The notes under the pieces were generated by a model. It had not been told where the DNA came from and searched no databases. It saw only the letters and a list, made by a program, of their open reading frames with translations. Of a DNA stretch of 64,000 nt, positions 1 to 13,300 are shown piece by piece (the stretch's first letter is position 1; every line of letters begins with the position of its first letter). A program made the translations under genes and the position numbers. This stretch comes from Trypanosoma brucei (taxonomy: Eukaryota). Where the stretch lies: assembly GCA_000002445.1 (NCBI GenBank), contig CP000066.1:128001-192000 (forward strand), written 5' to 3'.

Positions 1-708
1 AATGTGTTCCAAACCCTTTTTAATATTTTTACAACCCGATAGGGAGAGCTCCTCGAGTGTTTTTATCTCTGCTACAGGTGAAATGTCCGTGATATGATGG
101 CAATTATTGCAGCTCAGATGCAAGAGTATCCTATTACTGCTGATCTCAACGACGCACTCATCGTCCAACTCCGTGTTGTCCAAAGTCAATTTCCGTAAAT
201 TACTCAACGTCATAATATGCTCCAAATCAGTCTTCAACTTGCTATATCCGCTGAGATTGACTTCCTCCAAAGTTGGAACTCCAGAGAGTGCCCGAATTCT
301 TGACAGATCCACGCAATTTTCCAAATCCATCACAGTCCAATTACTCTCCTCTGCTTTAAGGACCTGCTCATATATTTTGGACGGCACCTTTCCTCCCATT
401 CGCTTCGTTAATTTCACAGGATCCACACTGCCGCTACAATCCTCACTCCCGATAAATGTTGTAGCGACTGAGCTTCTTCTTCTGCACCTCGCAAACCGGG
501 TGTTGTCCAACTCATAACGGAACGCAGGCCGACGGGAACATACGCTTATATCGCATAGAGGACACACTGATAAATCGCGATAGCACGTGCTACACAGAAC
601 GTGCTCACATGGCAACACTTCAATGGGAACCGCACACTTCATTAGGCACTGGGGACACCCTACTTCTTCCCTCACTGGGCATTCCGTCACCCAGGAAATC
701 TTCACCAT
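1..708 (-). CDS. RING (C3HC4) zinc finger + leucine-rich-repeat protein, ESAG8/LRRP-like; 3' part continues beyond the left window edge (partial)
   Basis: I translated the reverse complement of 1-1089 by hand and found one frame with no stop from 1089 down to position 1. It contains CPQCLMKCAVPIEVLPCEHVLCSTCYRDLSVCPLCD (C-x2-C-x12-C-x-H-x2-C-x2-C-x6-C-x2-C, a C3HC4 RING) followed by LRR units such as LSRIRALSGVPTLEEVNLSGYSKLKTDLEHIMTLSNLRKLTLDNTELDDECVV and LLHLSCNNCHHITDISPVAEIKTLEELSLSGCKNIKKG (the LxxLxLxxCxxITDxSPL pattern of ESAG8-type LRRs). It is missing from the ORF track because no stop codon lies inside the window. The likely start is the ATG at 708 (MVKISWVTEC...); the frame stays open up to the ATG at 1089, but that part is low-complexity. 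Confidence 0.6.
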   Translation of the reverse strand, partial: MVKISWVTECPVREEVGCPQCLMKCAVPIEVLPCEHVLCSTCYRDLSVCPLCDISVCSRRPAFRYELDNTRFARCRRRSSVATTFIGSEDCSGSVDPVKLTKRMGGKVPSKIYEQVLKAEESNWTVMDLENCVDLSRIRALSGVPTLEEVNLSGYSKLKTDLEHIMTLSNLRKLTLDNTELDDECVVEISSNRILLHLSCNNCHHITDISPVAEIKTLEELSLSGCKNIKKGLEHI

Positions 709-3700
709 TATGGGAGTGGGGTCAGCTAAACCGTTAACACACGCAAACGGAGAGAATGAGACAGTGTAAAAGCACAGCAATACTACTTTATTTGTTCGTC
801 TGCAGGCGCATGTGTAGGCGTATGTAAGTGTGGATGAATTTATATTGATACACGTGCCCGGATTAAATATGAAGTAAGGGTTGGCAACAAAGCATTTACA
901 TGTGTTGTCCGGTAAAAGCGTTGGTAGTAGGAGGAGTTGGTGTAGTTTTACTGCTTTGAACAGGGCATGACACGAATTGAAGGCTGGGAAGCCACTGCAC
1001 TTAGATGTGGTAAGTGTACACGGTGTCAAGGAACTTTTTGATAGCAGAGTAACTGTGACAGCGGTCAGAATTGCCCTGTAGACATACATTCACATATGCT
1101 TCCTCCAGACGTCGGTTTGGAAAATCAAGCCTCCTGTGGGTTTCTTTCTGATTTCCGAATCGACTTCGTTGGTGCATGCTTTTTACCCGAAGAGCGTCTG
1201 GTGTCTGGTTGCGAAGCGTTTTTATCTTTCCTGGCCCCTCAAAGTTTTTCAATCTACCCCTACATTTCTGATGAACGGCATCTCTTTTTATTGGACTGAC
1301 CCCAGCATGCTGTTGCACCAAAAGGTTACATCGTGTTTACAGTGTCAGTCTTTCCTGGGTGGACGATGCTTCACCAAATCTTCTTTGAAAATTCTCCCCT
1401 CCATATCCAGAGAGTTTTGATAAGAATATGATTACAAACTCTCTGGATGAACACTTCACTCCTGCGTTCCCTATTCTCAATTTTAATCGCATTTGCGACT
1501 GACCTCTCTAAATCTCCACTTTCGCTTTGACCCTCGTCAGCCGTCTCCTTCGTATTTATTGCCGAGTTTCTCCTTTACAGCAATATCCCTCCAGCAAATC
1601 TGGTTGTGCATGAGAGACAAGTGGCCCTTTTCAAGTTTTCCCTTTCTCTGCGGGTTTGGCCGGTTTTCTCACACGGCGCGTTTAAGTCTCCACTCCTTTC
1701 TTTTCTCTGACTCTCATTTACAGGACCTCTCCTCCCTTCGTGCATTATGAACTCTTATCGCCGTGGATCCTCCTCACCCATTGATTCGCTATCTCCCCGA
1801 TGGACGCCGAGGCAAGCTGGAATCAAATCCCAATCCTCCTTGTCCTGTTGGTAGCCTTACCCCAATCGAGCACACTTTCGAAGCACATAACACGACACAT
1901 TTGACCCCCTCAGGAGTCCTAAGTTAACCAAAATACGAACCCTTAGAAAGTTAATGCATTCATAAACCTTAAACCCCGCTGGCAGCATGAGCACACTTAC
2001 ATATCGAAACCACTTAACCTCTCGCAGCCATTGAGCCATTCCACCGTGGCTCAACATTACCGCAAACAACAAAGAGAAAAATCTCCCACTTCCTTGCTAC
2101 TTCCCCTTATTTTGTGTCACGTAACTATCACCTACAACGTCCACACTGCCAAGAAACCGCTTCCAAGCCCTCCTACATCTGCATGCGACTAATTACCCCT
2201 TTCTTACACGCATCTATATGGGTATAGTTCCTCCCACCAAATTAAGAGATCAAGAAAACCCCACACCCTCCACATCCGAACACCCTCGCATATACAAAAA
2301 ATAAACTGCCTGCAGTCCCTGCTCGACCCTTTTCTATGGTTCCAAACAATAATCCTGCTTAGTCTCCGCGATGTAACGAAGTTCCTCTCCTATCTCCCTT
2401 CTCCATCTTCCAGATCCTCCTCCCTTGACCCAAGCTATGCTTTACTCTCTGCCTTTCCTCGCACACATATTCTGAGGTGCGCACCACGACTATCAACCAC
2501 TGGTAACCCTGTCTCACAACCACATGTATGGCATTCCCAACTTCATACACAGGACAGAACGTACACCCCTAAAGTGAAAAAAAAACCTTGTGCACACAAT
2601 TCCTTCACAATGGTGATTGTGCTTACGCCCCTCAACCGCTTCTCTTGGCGGCCCTGCGTTGAAGTCCGCTCTCACCAAACTCTGCTCGCACGAGCCCTTC
2701 CTAACCAAAATTAAACTTCACAAACACGGGGAGTAGGATATGTTGCTTCTCATTGACCATTTCCTCCGCCTTCCGACTAACATCTGTCCCCATATCCCCA
2801 CCACACCTAACACTAAATACGAGGAATTTTGCATATGTTCTATGAGTCCGCACGCCTTGCATCTAATTGCTTATAATTCAACCCACTTCATCACGCTCAA
2901 TCCGAAAAGTCTAGGAATGCGACTCCAAAGTGTGGCACCACCTCCTTCCAGGTTATACACCCTCTTTTCACTTGAAGGAAGGAGCTGATGCCGCATAAAA
3001 ATAGTTTACTTTGGGAAATTCTAGACGACAGTATTGTGATCGTCGTCATTGCTGTTACCGTGTCTCCACTACTGTCTCAGCGCTTTGGACGTGAGCTCGT
3101 TTCACCTACCGGTCAGACGCATCTGGTAACGGCCATACTGGCGCTTGTAGCGTTGGGTGTTGCCCCATGCTCTTTATATCACACAAACCTGGCAGTGAGT
3201 AGTTTCTGCTAATATGCAATGAATCCTCGAGGCAGCTTCCGTTGCTGCTGTGCCTCAGCTGTTGTTGTATGCGTATATCTTCCGTGATTATTTTTACCGC
3301 CTGAGAAAGGAAATCTTTGCAGAAAAAATGTTTGGAAGCTTTGCTCATGCAAGCGACATCAGGTAGTAACGTCCGACTTGGCTACGACTACACCACGGTT
3401 AAAAGGCTATTGTCCCGATTCATGCCGGGTACGCAGAAGGTGCACCACGGGGCAACCGTCACCATTGGAAACCCTTAGAAAACTGCAGATGGGCGACCAC
3501 CTGGAGCTTATCATCTCCTTCCACACCCTCACTCGTGATGTCATCATTCCAAAAGCAGTGGAAAAGAAGGTATAGTCGGGAAGCGGAGCTAATGTAGAAT
3601 TCAAACTATCAAACATATAGTGTAAATTTTGGTCCAAACGCTTAACGACCCAGTGCACATACGCACAACGGCGCGTCACCTTCGCAACACCGGTCAAGAG

Positions 3701-6700
3701 AGAGAGATGTGCCTGCCGACTGCATCAAAGCAGTTGGCACAGTAGGCAACAAAAAGATAATACGCGGAAAGCGTAAACTAGATATTGAAGGTTTGCCCAC
3801 CCACTTCACAACCGCATTCCCCACGGAACAAGTGGCAGCGGCCCATTTAGACACATCGCCCGGTAAACGAGAATAACTAAGTTGAGAATAGGGACGAGCG
3901 ACAGCGCTCGATCCTCAGTTGCTAACAAATGCCCTGAGTCCCTTTCCCTTCCCTTACTAAGCGTCCCAGGACACGACCGCCGACCTCCAACACAGGTTCT
4001 CTACGGAAGGATAAACGATGAAGAGCAGGGACGCGGATGACACTGCAAAAAGGATTGGACACTGCGACTATGATGAGAATCCTCCAAGGCTTCGAGCAGC
4101 TCGTTGAAAACGAGACGTGGAGCATTTTGGAGGATGCTTTAAGGACACTCTGATACTGACGCCCAGCGACGCCCGCTTCGAAATGAACTTATATTCCTCC
4201 CGACAATTTATTGGTGATCCGTGTTTTGTGACACCCATGGAAAACATGGCGGATGTTGCGGGAAGAGGCGCTGGCAGCCGACACCACCGATCACACACCG
4301 CTTGAACATCCTAGCCCATTTCCACGCAGAAGTACTCCGTACTCAACTAACGAACAACCAGGTTCTCACTACCAACAGTTGACACCCTGACCTTCTCGCT
4401 AACATTGTTGGCTCATAACGGCGTTGTTGTCGAAGCACCCTCCCGACCACAGCTACTTCCTATTCTTTTTCTCCACAGATATGGAACACCAATAAAAATA
4501 AAGCTGATGCACAAATTATGAACACCGGTGACGAAGCGGTGAGAACACCGACGCAAACACCTTTTTAATGCACTAGATGTAAGCGCGCAAATAGGCATCT
4601 AGCAAACTCAAAGTGTTCATAACAACGCACTATTAGAGCGTATGTGCATGTTTGCATACATATGTTAAAGCAAAGAAAACAAAAGAGCAAACCATCTCTG
4701 TCGACGTACCAGTCCTTTCCTATGCGTTGTTGTTACTGGAAACTTTTTAATCCCGAGCGTCACCGATGCACTTCACCGACACGACGACTAACACTAATAC
4801 CATCGAAACGACTCCCATCCATGCCAGGAGCGCAGCACGAGTCGAGAGCTCCCCCTCTCCTGCTTCTGAACTTCCAAAAGTGGGGCACTCAATTCCACAA
4901 ATATATGTGTGATCGCCATACATTTCGTCGTCGTCTTTCGGGCAAACATCATTACTCGGATTTGCAGCTGTGACTGCATCCGTTGGTGCCGCAGCAGCGG
5001 AGCCGGGTGAGCCCGGTACGGCTGAAAAGGGGTTTGGGTTGACTTCATTCTCCGCCGTGGTGACAGCATTCGCCTCTTCCGGTTTGACGGCTGCGGCCAT
5101 CGTATGAACTTTCTAATGCCTTTGGGAATACGAATGTCCTATAACACGCGCAACTAACGGCAAAATGGAAGAGAACGATGTAGCAAGAAAGAAGCTTAAT
5201 ATCATGCTTTCCGAAAAAAAAAAATATGGTACTGTTTCCGACGTTATTGTAGAAGGATAACCGACCAAAGTATGTATCAATGTTGAAAAGACCCTCCACC
5301 TTTTTCAGTTGCGCCTATCGTACACGTTCGCTTGTCGTTTCCCCGAAGTGGTAACTGATTCAAACTTTTGTGTCTCAAAACCTCCAATTCCTTCAACTTA
5401 TACACGCACCGAAAACGATCTCCACGAGTTTGTTACCGACCTCAGGCCTCCCCATGATCTCTTTTTTCCCGTCAGTCAGATTCGATAGACGCGCTCGTGT
5501 TGGGTTAATAATAAAAAAAATCAGGTTTCAAAACAGTGGAGAACGAACGAGACCCGCGCGCGATAATTCCACAACACTATATGTACACCTTTTAGGTTTC
5601 CTCATTTGGGGTTAAAAAGCATCCTCATTTTCACGACCTCAGTACTTAACGCACTCAAATCCGGCACCACTAAACGTAAAAACAGGGCAAACCGCCATGT
5701 TACACCTTGCCCCCCACCCACACGCACTTTGAAGACGTCTCACTGCCATCGAGATATAATGCCTCCAACCTCATCTGCATTACATCGATCTTCCCAAACC
5801 TTCGCCCCTAACAGCCATCTCACTGGCTTTAAAAAAAAATTCCACATTCTCGCGAGCCCCTGCATATATCTTCTACTTTTTCGCACGCCCTCAAACCCGT
5901 CCATCGACATGCATTCCAACTTCGGTATTCCCTTCAAACCCTCCATATTTGCCAGGTACCAACGGACCAAGAAATTTACGGGACAAAAGACTTCGCTGCT
6001 ACGCTCAAGAACAAGATAAACACATTTCCCCCTCAGACAGATAAAATCCCCTGCGATTCCAAATCTCACTCGCAGCCTTTATGATATTTTTTGGAAAGCG
6101 CCTAGTTGCACCACCCCTACGACGCGCAGAAGCCGTATCATTCCTACACTGTCATTTACTCTGTCCTGATTTCTCAGCTACCCATTTCTTTTTCTTTTTT
6201 CGTTTAGCGTTAACACTAACCACAACTAAATTTGGTAGTACTCCCTTCCCTTCCACATATCCGTCACCTTTCATCAATCCTGCAACCATTGCTACTGCTT
6301 GTAGTTGGGTTCCCCCCCCTACCAAGGGTACAGTGACACAACGCAGCTACTTGGCTACACGAGCACCTATAGCATATCTGAGGCCAGTCAGTTCTTCTTT
6401 TGGATCGGTTGATCCTCAAAACAACCACCATCGTTCTTTCTCTTCTATCTGACCTGAATCCCCCTACGCACGAACAAACATCCGTGTGTGCAACTGAACA
6501 AACACATCGTATATGTCTAAAACAACCATACTCCCATTTCACCTCTTTTTGGCGACACAAACTGCCGTCCCTGGTGGCGAGCACAATCCCCTGAAGTGTT
6601 AAAAACAAAGACATCGATCTACTGTTCCCCTTTCCGAGAATCAGCATTTCAACATTGCTTCATAACATCCTCAAAACAACCACTCGCCTTATTATTATTT

Positions 6701-9700
6701 TCCTTTATCTCGCAGCTTGACAACGCAAACATTTCTTTCTATACTCTGCTCTACACCCTGCTTATACATAACGGGACTGAACGCCAACCCACCGAAGCGT
6801 TGACGCTTTCCAAGCAAAGGGGGCGTCTAAAACCATTATCCTTCACCTTCGTAAGGTTGGAAGGGTTATCACCGCACCGTTTCGCCAACGTTTACTCAAA
6901 TGCGTAACAGCAATAACCCAAGGAGCGCGAAGCACAGCCACTGCTGCGAATTGTCTCCACACACGTCGTGTCACTAAAGGGAGGGAGGGACCTCTCCTCG
7001 GTGTCAGCCTATATTAATCCATACCCTTAGAACTTGACACCCCATGTATGGGAAAAACGAGCCATCAATTCTTGTTCACTTCAAATCACCGTATTATCAA
7101 CAACAGCTGTCTGATGTTATGACGACAGAGAAGTTTGGAGTCTCGGTCATATTGCTGTTACAAAAACTTCCGCTACGATTGTGTCTCAAAATATTTTTCT
7201 AAGCATATTGGGTGATTTCCCACTTTGACATATAAACGATCAATGTGTCTGTGATCCAAACAGTGGAACAACATCATATCTCCGTAGAGAATGGGCTTCA
7301 CTACCCTCTCGAGGAGGTAAGCACTTACATTCCTCAGCAAGTAAGATCTTCATCGCATCCAAAGTCTGAATATAATTTGTTAGCCGCAGACGATTTCCTG
7401 TGTTTCCACTTGTTGGTTGTGCTCTTCCACGACTTCAGAAGGTGCAGGAACACGCCTTATTAAAGCAGAGACACAAGTTCCCTCTGTCTACAGGTCCCGC
7501 TTCTGGGTAAGGAAGTTCCAAGGAATATAACCAAGGGGATTTGATACATGCACCCATTATTCACATCATCCTGGTAATATTTAACTTTTCTCTCCACTTC
7601 TCAGCATGGGAAGTGAACTGGATACTATATCTCCTTTCATGAGCAAAGTAAAAAAAAAAAGATGTGTAAAACGTAAAATGATGACCTATGCAAGCTGCTC
7701 GCTCGTCCCACCCAGCATCACACTTACACTGTAAAATACTTATCCCTCCATGCAATAACACGTTTGATTCTTTTACCCAGGTAATAAGGTTTACCGTGCA
7801 GCAATAGCAGAGCGCACTGCTCCAGTGTAACACTAGCAGAACAGCGTGCCGATACAACTGCCGTTACCCACGCGACCTAAATGTTCCCCCCCAAATCATT
7901 TTGAGTGGGAGCTTCAGTAGAACGAGCAGCAGTCTGTCCAACTCTAATGGGACCCATCTCCCAAAAACGCTATTCCATTTCTATCATAAGCATCGCCGCT
8001 GTTCAAAATGCTCCATCAGTTGCTGGGTTGTGAATCCGATATTCATACGATTCCCTATGCTAGCTCGTGTTTTTTTATTTCTACTCGTGACGCTTAACTG
8101 CCCAGTTCTTGGGACAGTGCTAAGTTGCACAGACGGCTTCATCCAAACGTGTAGTCGGAACTAGAAGAGAATACACAGCAATGCCAAACAGTGGTTATAT
8201 ATCAAGGGGGAAAGGTGTTCCCTTTCGCACTCCACCTGCTTGAAAAATGGGCATGTCACTCTCGCCTGTATCGTTTCGGCACAACGGCCTTCCGCACATG
8301 ATCTCACAGTTTGCTAGCTAGTTTATACGTTTCATAATGCATCCAAGTTGTGTTTCTGTTCTCTACTTTTCTGTAGGACGGAATTAGGACAATGCTTTCG
8401 TCCTTCCAACTGTCACAGGGGGTTTTCTCCTTGCCTATTTCTTTTTTCTTTAACCTAAGCGCGTCACCGCCAGTGTCGGATTGTTTGTATCTAATGAACC
8501 TGTAAGTGACGATAAGTAAGTGCGCGGCGCCATATACCCCAATTCTGAGCTGCTACCGAGCTTTAAGCGTGGCGAAAAAGTGTTTATATGGGGAAGATGG
8601 GTTCTAAGCTTCGGTTTCAGCGCATAATAAAAGTCTTTCTGACACCCTGAAGATCAATTGCTTTTTAAAAGACGGTTCGTGAAATAAAACAAAATTGTGT
8701 GCTAAGCAGTGGACGAGTTATCATACGAACAAAACATAAGGAAGCTTCCTCGAACAACCATAACAAGCAATAGTTAGTGTATAATTTGCTTATGCCATCA
8801 TTTTTATTTTAAATATGATCATCCCCTTTGCCGCACAGATCATTTTAAATGTGTATCACTTAAAAAGAAAACCACTGCTCAAATAACGACGAAAAGAAAG
8901 TTTGTATAACGAGTTACGTCACGGTGATACAAACAAAAATTATGAATACCATTTCGATCAAAAGGCAGTTATGTTCACAGCTGCTGGAAGAGTGCCAGGC
9001 TGCGGCGAGAGTTGAAAGCTTTAAGACGGTCGCAAATCATTATAAAACCGTTTCCTCATTGGCACCTGAAAGCTCGGAATCCCCTTTTACTTCCTGCAAT
9101 GTTTCTCCCGTTTGTCATTAGGGGCGAAAAGTAAGGTATTAGTGCAGTACCAAATTTAATATGGTTTTGCTAAATAAAAAAAAATCTTTTGAAACGTTCA
9201 GAATGTTCCCCACATGGTTACAAGCGACCTTTTCTGGATGTACTAAAATACTCATCTTTCCAATTACCTTAACACGGGTGAGCAGCAACGCCATCACTTT
9301 CATCCATGTGCTGCAAATAAAGGTTCGTGTTTTCTACATGAGTGCACCCCTATTTTCCCCTTTTGTTCTCGTGCATCAAACTGGATTGCATATCTGAGTC
9401 AATATACCTCTTCTATTCCACAATTTGTCACAACACCCCCATATTTTGAGCTGATAAGTATTTAGCTATCTGCACCACTCTCTTTTTATTTCTAAGTACA
9501 GGTGATTATTCATCTGTGATATCCCCAAGTCTTTTGTCTTCTTAACCACCCCCAACAAATTTTAATAGTGTGCGCTAAGTTCGGCACATGCACGGCCTGT
9601 TCCCTCTCACGTCATTCCTTCCACTTCAAGTTATTCCCTTTGTGCGAAATCGTTCGTTAAGTACTTGCACTTTGAATACTTGAAAGGCAGGTGTACGAGC

Positions 9701-10288
9701 ATGGGAAGTGGCGATATTGGACCATCTGCCACTCAGTTCATCCTCTTAACAGTAGTTCCCATCATGCCACAAAACTAACGAAATGACTGTTCCCAGTAGC
9801 ACATTTTTTTTCTCCGTGTCGCCTGCTGCAAAAGGGGAAATGGTTTCAATACCTAAAAAAAAGTGCCACATGTTAACGTGTTGGAGGTAGACGTAAAACA
9901 AATCTCCCTACGACATCAACACTTAAAATAAAAAATTAATGCCCCCGTCCCCATATGCCGCCGAAACATCACTGCAGGATACTTGGCTTCCCAACCGTTG
10001 TGAGAAAAGTATGTTCAGTTCCCTTGCACTTTCGCTGCCAAACCGTGTCGCGAGCAGTCAGTTTCCCATAGAGGGATGCAAGGCCCATGATGCTGCTAAA
10101 TGCCGCGACACCGCCAGTGAAAGCTTCAACCGCCGGATGGCCCGTTTGGTTTTCTTTACCGCCTTTGGGCCCTGTCTTATGAATCCGTCACCAGCCTCAT
10201 ATTCGGAGCCGATGCGTGTCCCGGGCCCGACTCTGAGAGCCGGGTTCGTTTGAGTATCACATCATGCGGAACAATACCGCCTCCCCTC

Positions 10289-10294
10289 CACACA

Positions 10295-10335
<41 letters not shown>
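10289..10335. repeat. (CA)n dinucleotide microsatellite, about 23 units
   Basis: Direct reading: cacacaaacacacacacacacacacacacacacacacacacacc. Confidence 0.95.
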
Positions 10336-10336
<1 letters not shown>

Positions 10337-13300
10337 ATCATGTGATCCCCGCGACGAGGTTAGTGAACTTGAAAACGCTGCGGCCCAAAATCAGTCAGGC
10401 GCAGCACCTCTCCCTCTTTGAAGCGACCCCTTCCCTCAAGTGCGATCAGGGTGTGGGGAACACCCCCCTTTGCCACACTGAATGCAGAAAGTCGGCCAGG
10501 GTCCTCACCCTTGTGGAATTACCGTTGGGTCTGAAGCGTTCATAAAGGACTCTGCCGTAGGTAAGGGGAAGCGAAAACGCAAATGCGGTCCACTTTTCTG
10601 ACACGGCTGCCGATGAGGTGCGCATCGCCCGCCAGGCTCCCACTGAGAAACCAAGCGACGATGGCAACATGTCACATCTGGAGGCAGGCCGGCATCCGTT
10701 CTGGGTTGCGGCAACTCGCTGCTGTTCATTGGCAACTGCTGCGCCAAAGTCCGCTGAATGTTGCGCATTAAAATTTGGCTACACGGTTCCCCAGCTCGAG
10801 CTTTTCTGCGAAAGGGTATCCTCAATCCCGCCTCCTTGGTGCGACCCGCCACGACTCAACTTTTTCCGCGCTGTCGTGCACAGGGGCGGGTTACGCGCCA
10901 CCCACACTTTCAAGGGCTTTTTGTACGGCTTGGCGTAGCCAATCAGACGTGTTCGAGCTGGTAGAAGACGGCGGGACGTTTTTTTTTTTTGCAGATGAGT
11001 TGGAGAAATGGGCCAGAGATTGGTCACAGGGAACCCTGGTGGCGCTGGATGAAGGTTTTGTTTCGGCGAAGTCCCCGAATTCCAGCATTAGCGACGCTAG
11101 GTTAAAGAACCCATGATTCGGCGCCGTTGACAACTGCGTGATGGCTGTGTCCGTGCCCTATACTTCTCAGTTTTGCACTCCAGCGATTTTGTTTGGGTGA
11201 GGTTCGCATGCTGGCGACTCTTCTCCGATTGGAGTGGGGTTAGCGGCGCCTCAGTTATGGAAAGGGCATCAGGAAAGGGATTGTGCTACTCGTGGGGCAT
11301 CTGCCGATCCCTTTAACCTCCGTTATCTGCCACCACTGCCATGGGATTTGGCCCAGCAGAGGGCGGCCTTTTGTGTGCTTGTGTGCGAGTCGGTGCCTGT
11401 GTAAACTGACTTAACCCGCTGGCCGTCGTTGGTATTGAATTTAGCGGATGAATACTTCAAGTCTTCATTTGGTTACCTGTGCAACTTTTCTGTCAGGGAG
11501 CGATTTAGGATAATGTTTGTGGCTCTTTAAGACATGCGGATCCAAGGGGAGATAGATTGAGAGATGCTCACACGCGCGTTTTTGCTACACCACGAACATT
11601 AACTTTCGAAGCTATAAAGGTATTGTTAGAAATACAACCGCTCCAGATGTACACAGTCGTTTTTCTATTTGATTTACTTTCTTCAGTGACAGCACCTCTC
11701 GGTGCGTGCCATGACACTGAGTCTTTACTGCACAGCTTGTTTGACCACTGAACACTGGATCAATCAATCGAGCAAGATAGTGATATATGTGTTTTCGCCC
11801 GCTAATTGCTGATTTGTTTTTAATAAATAAAACATTCATGTTTTTTGTTGTGTTTGTGCAGTCATACTACTCATTGACAATCTTATGTTTGGGTATTCAC
11901 AGGATGTATGTATCGTCGTCAGTGACTCTCCTGGTATTGTTGTCCTTATCACTGCAAACCACAGACCAGGCAAGTACGATCATCAAAGTGTGCGTTCACA
12001 CTGTTACAGGTTTTTGACGGGAAATGTTGATGCTGGTGTCTTTATTAGTTATTGCGTTGTTACTCTCTCATGTGTATTATAAAGTAATCGTGAAAGTTGT
12101 GTACGAATCGGTTTTACCAACTTTGCGTTGCGCTGAATTACTATCTTCGCGCCCGACAGCACCATTGTCGATCCTGGATGTATTTTATGTACGCTTACGT
12201 GATACCGCAAATATGTGTGAGAAATCATTGTAAAAGGGTCGATAACATTTATTTAACGTCGTTGACAGTGCGATGCTCATGATTTTTTCGGACTGAGAAA
12301 CTAAACTTAGAAACAGTATTGTGACTCGTATATGCCAACGAGTGAAGTTGTTGCTTTATTGGCCCTCCTTCTGTCGTAATTGTTAGGTGCTTAGGCCACG
12401 CTCTGAAAGGCATGGATTATGACAGTGTTTAACGTAACTGATATTCCTCGTTCTGGTAGGACCGAGGATTACCTCCTTTGGCAAGTTACTGGCAGTTCGT
12501 GGATTACATTAAAGTGGGATATCCTTTCCCTTACGTTGAGGTTGGTTAAATGCAGAGAAGATTATCTTAGTACTTTTTGTCACGGTAGTCGGCAAAAGCA
12601 TCCGTTTTCATTTCAGGGGCATGCGCCTCTTTGCTTTCGTGGTTCCAACATTTCACATGTAATCTCGAGCGTGTCGGTTTAGCACGCTCTTTTCAGCATC
12701 GTGAGCCTTCAAACACGACACTTCTTTAAAGACTGAGCAACCCAATTTTAAAACCGTGGCGAGTGTGAGCTCTGTGCTCTATTTCTGTCATTTGGTTGTC
12801 ACATTAATGGAATGGAACATAGCAGGGTAACAGCAGTAAGCGGTACGAATTGGAACAATACTCATTCATCGGGATTGTGCCGCATCCGAGGGCATAACTT
12901 CACTCTACGAGCATTGCTCTGCAGTATTGGGTTACTGGCTGATTCAATACCATCAGCACTCTTGATCACACTGCTATGAAGCTGTATGGTTGTAAACGAT
13001 GAAGATGTTAGTCATTCCATCAAATCGAACGACATTTTGGCATCACCATCTATCGTAAATGAGTTCCGCCGCTTACCGTTTGTACCTTAGAACACTTCAA
13101 GTAGCGTGAATGTTGGTGCAACTGCAGGTTGACAGTTTATCATAAGGAAACATTTTATTAATGTGTACGGTGGTGCAATACCATTCTCTGTAAAAAAAAG
13201 GGGGGGAATGTATTACAGGAGATGTAGCAATGACAGAAGGAACGGCTGTAACTGGGTTGAACGAGCAGGAAATGGTCGATCAGCGCTGGTCTCCCTGCTG

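Noticed and set aside
4747-5100. 117 aa minus ORF with Ala/Pro-rich N-terminus, Cys motif and C-terminal TM
   Set aside because: Protein-like enough to mention, but isolated in the ORF-free region with no support. Not listed as a feature. Worth a homology search.
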